Assembly (NCBI GenBank): GCA_025603075.1
Contig: MU626260.1
Location: 275,380-339,379 of the forward strand
DNA: 64,000 bases
Reading direction: 5' to 3'
Source: Neoconidiobolus thromboides FSU 785
Taxonomy: Eukaryota; Fungi; Entomophthoromycota
Shown here: positions 13,686 to 24,888 of the stretch, piece by piece
How the letters are laid out: the number at the start of each line of letters is the position of its first letter
Position numbering within the stretch: position 1 is the stretch's first letter
Program-made: the position numbers and the translations under genes
Notes under the pieces: model-generated
The model's input: only the letters and a program-made list of their open reading frames with translations
What the model was told of the DNA's origin: nothing
Database searches by the model: none

Positions 13686-15435
13686 TATATTGAGTAATTA
13701 AAAAGTTAAATAGCTGACGCGTTTAGTTTCCAACGTCCTCAAGCTGTGTAAGAAAAAGTATGTTTAAATTATTTTAGTAACATTGGTATTAAAACTTGAC
13801 ACAATTTCTTTGGTACTTTCATCTTACTTTTTCTATAATTTTAACGAGTTCCACCCTATAGCCAATGACCAACCTCACTATAAACCTTCAGTTAGAATTT
13901 CGAAGCAAACTCAGATTTCCAATATTTAATTCTCAACGGGAAATTTACTAAACGGAAATATCTTACGATTACTTTAAAGCCTCAAATATCAACATTAAAT
14001 TATGTTAGATTATTTCTAAACAGGTTAACTCATATCAATTTGATTTTCTAAATTTAATATTAACACTTACCCGTTAAAGACTAAATGGTTCCAAACTATG
14101 TTATTATTTAACCGGTATCCTTTTAAATATCTACTATTTTGAGTTATGAAAATTAGGGGTATTGAGTAAATGTTAGAGCTGTTCTTTGACTTGTATTATA
14201 GTTTATATATTGATAAAAATATTAATAATAATGAAAAGCTAACTTTTAAAAAAGGATAAAAACTTCCCAATCCTACTTTTTTATTATTGACATTATCTTA
14301 CGATTTAGCTCGAGGTATCGATTATCAAATCTTTGCTTATTTTAGATAATAATTTTTTTACATTATTTACAAGTATTTTATCGAACTGTTCTATACAATA
14401 GATTAGATAAGGTAGGGATAGTATTTTATTAATATAATATAAAAATATAAAAATTAACTTATTTCATTTTAGATCTTAAATTAGTCATTTTTAATAAGCC
14501 AAGAGTTAGGTATTATTTTTTATCTACATTAAACAAACAAGATATTTTTCATATATAGTAAAACAGTTTATATGTAATATTAAATAGTCGTTTTTTATTA
14601 ATTTTTTAATTTCTGATACTAAATTACCATATTTTATGAAATAAGGGAGATTGTGACGCCATAGCTAATGGCCAATTAAAGACAAAAAGACTAAAAGGAA
14701 AGTTCAAATTAGAAACTGAGGGTGGAAGTAAAAAAGCGGAATAATTGAGTTCCTCAAAAGGACCAGATTCCCAAAAAATTGTCAAAAAGTTAAAACTACA
14801 ACTTAAAAATAATCAGTTGAAAAAATACATTAAAATATCTAATCAATTGATTAATTTAATATATTAAAATCTATTGAAATCAAAATTAAACTTTATAGTA
14901 TCTAAATAGTGGCTTTAAAATATTAAATGATGAGGTTAACTAAATATTAAGTATTTTATTATAATTAATAAGTTTTAGGCTAATTTTTTTACTTTTATTT
15001 ACTAACTTTAAATATTTTAAGTCAATAAAAAAATGCGAAGTTGATCCGAAGTGAAACTAAAAATTCTATTTTTTAGAACAATCCTTTAGTTATTGGAATT
15101 GTTACATGTTCTATTTATTAGGCAACTTTATTTTTATCACTTCAAATCAAAATAATTTAAAAATAACATTGGATATATTTATAAACTACTACCCAATCAA
15201 ATCAATTTGATTCGTAATGATTTCATAATTTATAAAACTGCTCAGCTTTGTCATTGAGAAATCATCCAACATCTTTTTACTAATTTACAAAATCTTATCG
15301 AATGATTTGTCGACTCAATGGATAAATTTTAGTATAAAAAGCTAAGCAAAGAAAGGGAATAATCATTTTTCTTTTTATATTTTTTTAAATCGAATCTACA
15401 TCGATTAGTAATCATTCTACATCAAGCAACTAATT

Positions 15436-16371
15436 ATGCCTGATAGCTTATTAACATACAGTCATAACATAAACAGATCATATTATACTCACAATCCTGA
15501 ATACAAATTGGACAACCATACAAGTCAAAGAGACAATAGCAATCCACAGGATTTAGAGTCAACATACAACAAAGACAATTATACAGTATATCCAACCCAA
15601 AATATACAAAATTTAGGTTACAATATATATGCTGATAATTTGAACCAAATGTATCCGCATTATTTGCCTGGTTATGTGAACAACAATGATAAGCAAATAT
15701 CCCATCAATATTCTAATAGTGTACAAAATGAAGTTAAAACGGAAGAGATATCCCCACCTATTCACTCAGACTATGATATTAATCATAATTTGAAATCAAC
15801 TCTATCAGTCCCTACCCCTGTCCTTGATAATCAGCATTCACCACAAAACATAAACCGAGGTTTCGAAATGAATAGTATGCCATCAAGATCGCTGAATTAT
15901 GATGTCAACGCTCCATATAATTTACCGCTTATCAATAGCTATAACGGAATGAGTCAATCATCTCAGTTCTATTCCCAAAGCATATTCATGAACCCATACC
16001 AAGTGATGCAGCCTGCTAGTTACCCTGGATTAACTAATACAATCCCTATGATAAAAGAGCCTATTCTACCTATCCCACAAAAGCTTCACAACGAACAGCC
16101 TCATAGTAGTGACTATAACAAAAAATTTAATCAAATTGCTTCCAGCCCTACTAGTACAACTCGTAAGAGAAGTGGACCATTACCTAAGATTATCCCATGT
16201 TCTCATCCCGGATGTGAGAAAAAGTTTAGTAGACTTTATAATATGAAGGCGCATTTGGAAATCCATAACCCAGTTCGTATCAAGCAATTTCAATGTCATA
16301 TATGTTCTCGTCGGTTTTCTAGAAAGCACGATCTCACGCGTCATATCAAAGTAATCCACAAGGCTCTTTAA
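15436..16371 (+). CDS. C2H2 zinc-finger transcription factor (two C-terminal fingers)
   Basis: 311-aa ORF. Low-complexity N/S/Q-rich N-terminus, then CSHPGCEKKFSRLYNMKAHLEIH and CHICSRRFSRKHDLTRHIKVIH. Confidence 0.9.
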   Translation: MPDSLLTYSHNINRSYYTHNPEYKLDNHTSQRDNSNPQDLESTYNKDNYTVYPTQNIQNLGYNIYADNLNQMYPHYLPGYVNNNDKQISHQYSNSVQNEVKTEEISPPIHSDYDINHNLKSTLSVPTPVLDNQHSPQNINRGFEMNSMPSRSLNYDVNAPYNLPLINSYNGMSQSSQFYSQSIFMNPYQVMQPASYPGLTNTIPMIKEPILPIPQKLHNEQPHSSDYNKKFNQIASSPTSTTRKRSGPLPKIIPCSHPGCEKKFSRLYNMKAHLEIHNPVRIKQFQCHICSRRFSRKHDLTRHIKVIHKAL

Positions 16372-17670
16372 TTGCTAATTGCTTTACTCTAGTGTAATTT
16401 TAATATTATTTAACTTGCTAATTAAATTTCTTCAATTGTACATATTTTAATTAAAGATAATTTATACAATATCATAGTTAATTTCTTTGTGGAGTATTTT
16501 TCTAGAGTGACTGTTTTTTTGATGTCTAAGGAATATTCATAAATTATACTGTAATTCTTTTAAAATACTTGGTTATTAATTGGTCAAGTTTTAAAGTTTA
16601 TCCTTGACTCATCTTGGAATAATTTAAAGTCAAAAAATATGAGATCCCAAAAAAAATCAACTAAACGGAAAATAGTTAAAAAAATTTGTTAATAAAGTGG
16701 CTAAATTATTCAAGTTCTAAAATTGATAAATCAAATTAAATAGAAATATATTTTATATAAAATCAAAAAATTTATTTCAATTATTTTAGCATAAATAGTG
16801 ATATAAAAAATATGTTTATTCTATAAATTATAGTTTAAGATCAAGATATTGATATTCTTTCTTTTTCTAATAGGCTAAATAGTAATAAATTTGATATAAA
16901 AGCTTTAGTTTATAAATTAATTTTTATAGTTTTTTATTCATTTAAATGATTTTTATTTAATTAAAGTAAAATGGTACAAACAGAACATTTACTTATTAAA
17001 TACAACAAATTACGCCTAAATTATATATTATATAGCAATAAAAGATATTTAAAGTAATTGTAGAATTTATCTAAAAAACTGTTAATATAATGACAATTTT
17101 TGATAGAGGCTTTTGATGAACACTGATTCTAACGTTAAGAATTATTTAATATTCTATTTAAAATAATTGAACAAAATTAATATATTCTATTTATAAAAAA
17201 TGTAAGATAAGGATAGTATAGTAATAAATCTATAGTTAATTTATACTAATTGAGCTGTGACAATAAATGGTGGAGTGAAGACACCTCCATTTATTATCTT
17301 GGATTTTAAAAACTAAGGCTTTTTGTGAAGTTGTGTAAGAATGTATAGGTAATTGGAAAGAATAAAACAAGTATAGGGATAATGTTAAAGTTACTATGGA
17401 GGCAAGATGGTGCAGAATGCGGCTAAACAATAAAAAGGGGCTTTTAATTATTTATTGGTGACTTTAAGGTAACCGTGATTAACATGATGGCTTAATTGTT
17501 GTAAAACAGTTCTTTTAATATGTTATTTTTAAATTTATCATTAAAATTATCATGTATCTTTTTTATATAACATTTGTTATTTTGTTTTTAAGTTTGACTA
17601 TTTTTTTATGATAAAGTAGATTTTTTGAATGCTTTTCAATGTCATTGTGCTTTTTTAGTATATTTAATAT

Positions 17671-17770
17671 GAGGATATGTTTTTGTGTTTAAGTATTTTA
17701 CTAACAATTTTCCGACTCAAATGACATTTAAAGAATGGAAAAATTGATAAAGCTAAAAAGAACACTCCCC
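17671..17770 (+). mobile_element. MITE family A copy (diverged)
   Basis: GAGGATATG...CACTCCCC; core TTTTACTAACAATTTTCCGACTCAAAT. Confidence 0.75.
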
Positions 17771-17958
17771 TATATTCTGTTTTTATATCAGGAAGGTGAT
17801 GACAATTCATTTATTTTTATAACTTTAGCAAATAAATACTTGCTTAAAAAGCCTTTGTTTTTTAAGAGATTAAAGAGCCAATAACAACATTTAAAAAACA
17901 ATCCCACTGTAATTTGAAAAAATAAAACAAAAGATTGATTTGGCTTTGAAAATATAAG

Positions 17959-20045
17959 ATGGGTAAAAGAAACAAAAAGAACTCAATAAAAGAAAAAGAA
18001 GTGGATAATGAAGTGGATAAAAAAGAACATAGCATAAAGAGTAGTCAGAGTTATCTTAAATTTATTAGCTTAATTCAATCAAATCGGAACATGATGCGTT
18101 TAAAAGATAGAAAGGATGTACCAGAGTTGTAAGTATACTATTACTATTTTAGTGTTATTTGTTCAACCCAATATTAGTTATGTAACACAAACTGTAGTTC
18201 CAGAAATTCATAGGTTAGCCGATGAATTTTTAAAAGCGGTTGACGCCAAGCTTCCAAAATTGGATGAGGAGCCAAAAGAGATCACTGAGTCAAAGGATAA
18301 TAATGATAAGAAAGTAAATAGTGATAAGAAAGGAAATGAAAAGAAAGCAAGTGATAAAAAAGCGAAAGATAAGAAAGCTAATGGTGACAAGAAGGCAAAT
18401 GATAATAAAAAAGGAAACGATGATAAAAAAATAAATGATGAATTTATAGATGAAGAAGAAATAATAACCGAAGTTAAGAAAGTAGTATCTATATATAATT
18501 AAAAAAATATAACTAATATTAAATAGGAAGAACTTACATTACAATTTGGACATATCAATATTGCAAGGAAAGCTACCTTGAAGCAGCTTTGTTGCGTTAT
18601 CCTTCCAGTTGATGTGAAAGCAATTTATCAAGATTGTGAGTTATTTTATTTTGTTTCAATACACTTTATTTATATTTTAATTATAAGATTTATTAGATTC
18701 ATTTCAAGAATTAATTTACAAATGCCACAGTTGTGGAGTTAAAATCATTTATGCTTTAAATACAAGATATTTGAATAAAAGGTATTCAAAAATATATAAA
18801 GATTGTTATTCCATACAAAGCATTGGGGTGCCACTCAAATTTCAAGACTTGAAAGAGTTTCAAGAGTTAGATAGGGTATGTAGTAGATTACGTTACCATT
18901 ATGTTATGGAATTTAGTAAAAAAAGTATATATCCAAATAAATATAAACAGAGTCCATTATGGGTTGCAGCATACTATGGGATAACATGTCCAAATATCAT
19001 TTATCAATGTTTAAGTCATGATCGTAAACAGTTGTTACATAGAGATTATCAATACAAATGTACACCATTAGAAATAGCATATAGACGAAATCAAACGTTT
19101 TTTATTAGAATGTTTGAAAAATTGATTGACAAAGAATTACCAATTGACGAAGAAGGGGAAAAAGAAAAACTTAATCAATTAGTAGCTTCTTATTTTTCAG
19201 TCAATAGCAATATATTATGTAACGAAAATGATAAGCCAAGGCCATTAAGTTTTGTTCCAGATCCAATGAATTTAAAATTTATCAATGACAATTATTCAAC
19301 TTCGAACATAATAACATTAACTGGAAGAATGGATAGTAGAGAAATCAGTGAAAGGTTTTTTAGATTATACTTTTATAATCAAAATTTATTCAATACTTTG
19401 ATTTCAAAAATATTACCACCCCACCATCGCAGGCTAGCTTGGATTGTCACAAGGTTTGCGTTAGTATCTAAAGATCCAGCTACTCTCGTTGCAGCATTAA
19501 ATTATTATAATTTAAGGTTTTCAAATGTATTATATAACCATTGTAATTTAATCACACGTAGTAAAACAAGTTCCTTATTTAAACCCATGAGTATAATTAA
19601 TAATAATGTCGTCAAAGAATATGATTTAAGCTCTGAAACACTGTTAGTGTTAGCAGCAAAAATGAATTTACAAGATCAGGTTTTAATTATACTAATACAT
19701 ATCTTAAAAATATATTCTAACAAAATAAATTACGCTTTTCCTTTTTCAAGTCATATGGTATTAACTAATAGAGCTGTTACCCCTTACGACGATGGTAGAG
19801 TCAACTATAAATATTTAAAAGATGTGTTACCTATGCATTATTTTAACAAAAGAGATTCAGATGGATTCAATGCAATTGACTATGCAGTTAAATTCAATAT
19901 GACCTATGTCATCCCCTGGTTTGTTTATTATTTAGGGTTCTCTTCAGGTTTTGGTAACCCACTTACTGTCTCTTTTGATAAACCTTTATTTGAAAGACCC
20001 CCTTTCGATAAATCTTCATTTGATAAACCCTTTTCTTTTTTATAA
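17959..20045 (+). CDS. SBP2 (SECISBP2)-like L7Ae-domain protein fused to ankyrin-like repeats; 4-exon model, ~647 aa
   Basis: Exons 17959-18128, 18178-18484, 18527-18635 and 18688-20045 total 1944 nt, in frame, with GT-AG introns. YVTQTVVPEIHRLADEFLKAV, FGHINIARKATLKQLCCVILPVDV, LIYKCHSCGVKIIYALNTRYL and IQSIGVP...F...R..Y align by eye with the SBP2 RNA-binding domain. Ankyrin-like motifs SPLWVAAYYG, TPLEIAYRRN, LLVLAAKMN and DGFNAIDYAVKFN follow. Confidence 0.7.
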
Positions 20046-20353
20046 AGTTTTGTTTGGTAGATTTGGTACTTTCTATTTATATTAATTTCAATTGTACCTT
20101 TATTTCGATTTTACTACTGTTGATAAAATAAAAATAAGCTCATTTGCTCATTTCGGTCTCATCCTTATTTAATCGAATTGGAGAGGAATCCCGATTTGAT
20201 AATACTTTACAAACTTAGAATGATAAAGTGGAATTATCTGAAAACTTGAACAATTAATTAAGCACAAATAAAACAAACTGTTACTGTTATTAAATTCATG
20301 TAGTATATGTAATTAAATATTTAGTTTAGTGTGAACTATCATGAGATCACGAA

Positions 20354-20427
20354 GTTTCCGTGGTGTAGTTGGTTATCACATCTGTCTAACACACAGAAGG
20401 TCTCCAGTTCGAATCTGGACGGAAACA
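20354..20427 (+). tRNA. tRNA-Val(AAC)
   Basis: Acceptor GTTTCCG/CGGAAAC, anticodon arm TCTGT-CTAACAC-ACAGA, T-loop TTCGAAT; TTTTT terminator. Confidence 0.97.
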
Positions 20428-20806
20428 TTTTTGACATTTGTCCATATTTAAAAATGGTGATAAATTAATATGGAGATCAAGCTGCTTTATTTTTGTTGAA
20501 TGTGTTTCTGTGGAAGCTTTATTTGATATGAATGTCAAGAGAAAAATGATATAATAATATCAAAGGATAATGCCATCGTCTAGTTTTTTTTAGTAAATTT
20601 AGTCCAATCGAATAGTTTAATAGGTTTTATTAATGTAAATAAGTAACATTTGGTCCATCATATGTGAAGTTCAGAGCTATATTAAGCAATTACTAGAGCA
20701 TCATTTGACACTAGTTAGCTAAATGATTTTAAGAAACTATTATAAAAAAACGATGGCAAAAGAATAATATAAAAAGGATAAAGATTAAGTGATAAATAAT
20801 TTTAAA

Positions 20807-21973
20807 ATGAGATCTACTATTTTTATAACAAGTATTTTACTTCTAAAGTCCATTGTTTTGGCTAATCTTGCTCCCCTTCATTCCCCTACTAATGGTAATA
20901 TAGTTGATCAAAGTTACATTATCAATCTTAAGCCAAATACAAAATCCAGTTTAGATGCTCATGTTAATTATGTCAAGTCCTTATTTATTGAGCGTAATGG
21001 TATAAATAAGATCCAAGATGTTTATAATCATATTGGAAAATCGTACAGTGCTTATTTGACTGAAGATGTGTTGCAAAAGGTTCGTAGCCTGAGTGATGTT
21101 GCTTTTATCGAAAAAAATGTCAAAGTTAAATTAGATTCCGTCCAAACAAATGCCCCATGGGGTATATCTCGCATTTCCCAACGTAATTTTACTAATACAT
21201 TTACTTACACTTATGACGGAAATGGTGAAGGTGTAACTGTCTATGTCATTGATAGTGGTATTTTGATAACTCATCCAGAGTTTGAAGGAAGAGCTAAATT
21301 TGGTGCAAGGTTTACTACAGACACTGATGATGATGGAGATGGTCTTGGTCATGGTACCCACTGTGCTGGTACTGTAGGCTCAAAAACTTATGGAGTAGCA
21401 AAAAAAGTAAATTTAGTAGCCGTTAAAGTCTTTGATAATGATGGCAATGGTAATTTTGCTAATATTATTTCTGCTATAAACTGGGTTGTTGGTGATAAAA
21501 GGGGTGCAAAAGGTAATGTTATTAGTATGTCCCTTGGTGGTCCTGTTTCAGAATCTGTTAATTCAGCTATTGAAACTGCTTATCAAAAAGGGTTTGTGAT
21601 TGTTGTTTCTGCTGGTAATGATAGTAGAGACGCATGTACTAAGTCACCCGCTTCTTCTCCTAGTGCTATAACTGTAGCTGCATCGACTGCTAATGATGAT
21701 GTATGGAGCCTCTCAAATACTGGCAAATGTGTCGATATATTTGCCCCTGGCTCACTTATAGTTTCTACTTACAATGATGGTAAAACAGATACCCTTTCTG
21801 GCACCTCTATGTCTACGCCACATGTTGCTGGGCTTGCTGCTTATTATCTTTCGAAAGAAGTTTTAACTAATTCCCAAATAACTCAAAAGATTTTAAAGAC
21901 CGCAACAAAAGATGCTATCAAGAAAAACAAACCAGATACAGTTAATCTTTTAGCTTACAACAATATTGTTTAA
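20807..21973 (+). CDS. Secreted subtilisin-like serine protease (S8, proteinase K type) with I9 propeptide
   Basis: Signal peptide from ATG 20807; propeptide; mature APWGISRI. Catalytic motifs VIDSG, GHGTHCAG and SGTSMSTPHVAG; oxyanion SAGN. Confidence 0.97.
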   Translation: MRSTIFITSILLLKSIVLANLAPLHSPTNGNIVDQSYIINLKPNTKSSLDAHVNYVKSLFIERNGINKIQDVYNHIGKSYSAYLTEDVLQKVRSLSDVAFIEKNVKVKLDSVQTNAPWGISRISQRNFTNTFTYTYDGNGEGVTVYVIDSGILITHPEFEGRAKFGARFTTDTDDDGDGLGHGTHCAGTVGSKTYGVAKKVNLVAVKVFDNDGNGNFANIISAINWVVGDKRGAKGNVISMSLGGPVSESVNSAIETAYQKGFVIVVSAGNDSRDACTKSPASSPSAITVAASTANDDVWSLSNTGKCVDIFAPGSLIVSTYNDGKTDTLSGTSMSTPHVAGLAAYYLSKEVLTNSQITQKILKTATKDAIKKNKPDTVNLLAYNNIV

Positions 21974-22188
21974 ATAAAGTTTATAATCTTATTCTTATGT
22001 CTTCATAAAGTTTGACTATTTAAAAAGCCTTGAAAAGTTATTCTTATTGTTCCTGTGAATGTCAATGGCAGTACCGACAAGGATATATATCGCATAGCTA
22101 TAGTAGTAGCATTTTAAGATTAATATTCCAAGGATGTAAAAAAGCTTGAGTTTAATAGAATAATGCTATAAATCGAAAGTATAGTAAT

Positions 22189-22287
22189 GGGGATGATTTT
22201 TTTGACTTCATTACTTTTTCCACCTTTTAAGCGCTATTCGAGCGGAAAATTTGTTAGTAAAATTCTTAAACGCAAAAATACGTCCCC
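22189..22287 (-). mobile_element. MITE family A copy
   Basis: Reverse orientation; flanked by direct repeat TAAT/TAAT. Confidence 0.87.
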
Positions 22288-22597
22288 TAATTGTATATAA
22301 ATTAATGATACAATGATCGATTAAAGAATTAATTGTACTATATATACTATAGGTATGACGATTTAATTGTATAAAGCTAAAATAAAACCAAAGCTTTGAT
22401 AAATAAAACGGACCCAAGATAGTATGCTTTGTATCATTTTTATAAATATTTTTTAAATAGTCTTTTTCTATATTTCACTGATGTTCAAATCCCTATTTTT
22501 TGCAAACTCAACTCAAATTTAGGAGCGTCTGCATAAATAATTAATAGCTATTAAAACTTCGAAATAAAATATCCTTTTTTCATTTAAGTAATTTTTA

Positions 22598-24742
22598 ATG
22601 GGTTCAAATCAACAACCACAAGGAAATAATAGCCAAGATAAGCCGAACAAAAAGAGTAGTAAAAACAAGAAAAATGACTTACCAGGTGTACAAAATTTAG
22701 GCCAATTTAGTACTTTCAATACACAGTCAACAGGCCAACAGTTACCACAAAATCCTCCCAATCCACAAAATAATGTTCGCCCTGTTAACAATATATTGCC
22801 GAGAACGGCACTTGGTAGTGGTAATATGCCACCCGGAAGTTTGAAAAATATATACCAAAATATCCCTCAATATAATAATAATTACAACAAATACCCTTTG
22901 ATTAATCAGCATATAACCTCAAGCTATGATTTAAATAATTTAAATATTCTTTCTGCAGTCGCGAAAATTTTACCTCAATATAATTCTGGCAATAGACCTC
23001 TTTCAATAAGAGGTGGTAGTTATACAAATGTCCCAATAATGCCTAATCCAAATTCTTATGTCCCCATTCAGCCCAGTAGATCCAACTCTGCTATCGCTTC
23101 CCCGTCACCAAAGCCTACCAAAGCTAAATCTAAAGTAAACAATAGACAGGCCAATAGCCCAAGTAATGAGACTAGGATTAATTAATTGATTAATTTATTA
23201 ATACATTATTAGGTCAAAAAAATATACCCAAAGCTCAAGCTAAAGCAGCTAATGAAAATTTAACATTTAAGAAATTTTTAGATGATTTACATATAGATGT
23301 CAGTCACAAACTTAAAGACTTGATAAATCGTTTATTAAAAAAAGAGATTGAAACAGATGAATATAGTAGAGAAGCTAGGGATCTTCTTGGTGACAAGTAT
23401 CCTATTTTGACTCAATTGATGAAAAATACTTCGGCTCAGTCTAATTCAGCAAAATCTGAGCCTGTACAATGTTCTAGTACTTCTTTAAATAACCAAGAAC
23501 AACAGGGAAATAATCCGAACTTCAGGCAACATTTTTATTATTATGTAATTTTTCTTAAACTAACGCGTTTAATCTTATAGGCCATTAACTACTACCCAAA
23601 TTAGTAAACCAAGCAGTGCTTACAAACCTCAACCACAGACTCAACAGACCCCATCATCAAATAATCTCAATTCAGTTAACAAAAGGTAATTGCACGATTT
23701 TTATAAAACAACTTTTAAGTTTTAAATTTTATCATATAAACAATAGTACAGGCATTGATTATAAATCATTAACAGACGTTATGGGATCTACTGGAGTGAA
23801 TGTAAAAGAAGAAGCAAATATTATAAAAAAGTCTGCATTAAGTGCTACACCCTATGGGGATACTAGGGTTGATCCTAAAGCACAACAGCATACTGCTACG
23901 CCTCCCTTGCTTCCGTTTATTGATAAAGATATACTTGCTCAAAAAATGAATAGGATTGGTAATTATTTTGCACTAAAATTGGTGATTTATTAAAATTATT
24001 TATAGCAAATCAAAATGGGCTAAATCAAATTGACAGAAAAGTATATGATTTAATTTCATTAGCTGCAGAAGAAAGAGTTAGGTCAGTAATTGAGAGAATG
24101 ATAAGTGCTAGTAAGCATCGAGTTAAAAATCATCAAAATTTCCCTCAACCTGAGGTGAACCCAAATGGAAGGCCAGAATACAAAATACAAGTTAATTTGG
24201 ATAGTAAAAGACATATAACCGTTTTAGAGCGTATTGATAGAGAAGAAGAAAGATTGATGAGACAAAGAATTGAACAAGGGATTGAGTTAGAAGATGATCC
24301 AAAAAGTAAAAGAAGTAAAACAAAGAAAGATAATTCAGCTACCAATCCAAAAAATTTATCAGAAGATAATCGAAAGTTACTAGCTAATCAAACAGCAGCT
24401 TTTGTTACAGGTTCTGTACCTAAATCTTGGATGACGTCAACCCCTATCTCTTCATCACCAAGGTTAAATTCTCCTTTAGTTAAAAATAATTATAAACCTA
24501 CAGTTTCATCGAACCTTGTGCCAAAGCAAACAGCGACCCATGGTTCTAGTCCTTTAGGTAACAAACCTTATTCAACTCTATCTACTCCCTCTACGCCTCG
24601 CTATAACTCTTCTTTTGGAAAAAATGCTCCCCGTGTCCTTACTATTCAAGATGCTTTATTTGTCTTAGAATCTGATCAATTGACTGCACCAGCTTCCAAT
24701 TCTAAAAAGCTTATTATCAGCAAATACTCAAACTTGAATTAA
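22598..24742 (+). CDS. TAF4: TFIID subunit TAF4 paralog 1 (multi-exon)
   Basis: DYKSLTDVMGSTGVNVKEE; histone fold YDLISLAAEERVRSVIERMISASKHR; ANQTA; conserved C-terminal LTIQDALFVLE. Confidence 0.9.
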
Positions 24743-24888
24743 ATTAAAATTTCAAACTGTAATAAAATATTCAATATATAATATTAATTCTTTAATATAA
24801 GTTTTATTAATAAATAGAAACATTAAGCTAAAGGCCACAATAATTAAAAGCTAATTATCATATTAAAGTTAACCTGTAATTTCTGGGA

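Noticed and set aside
17236-17430. 64-aa ORF with hydrophobic start
   Set aside because: Non-ATG start, no motif, no supporting exons.
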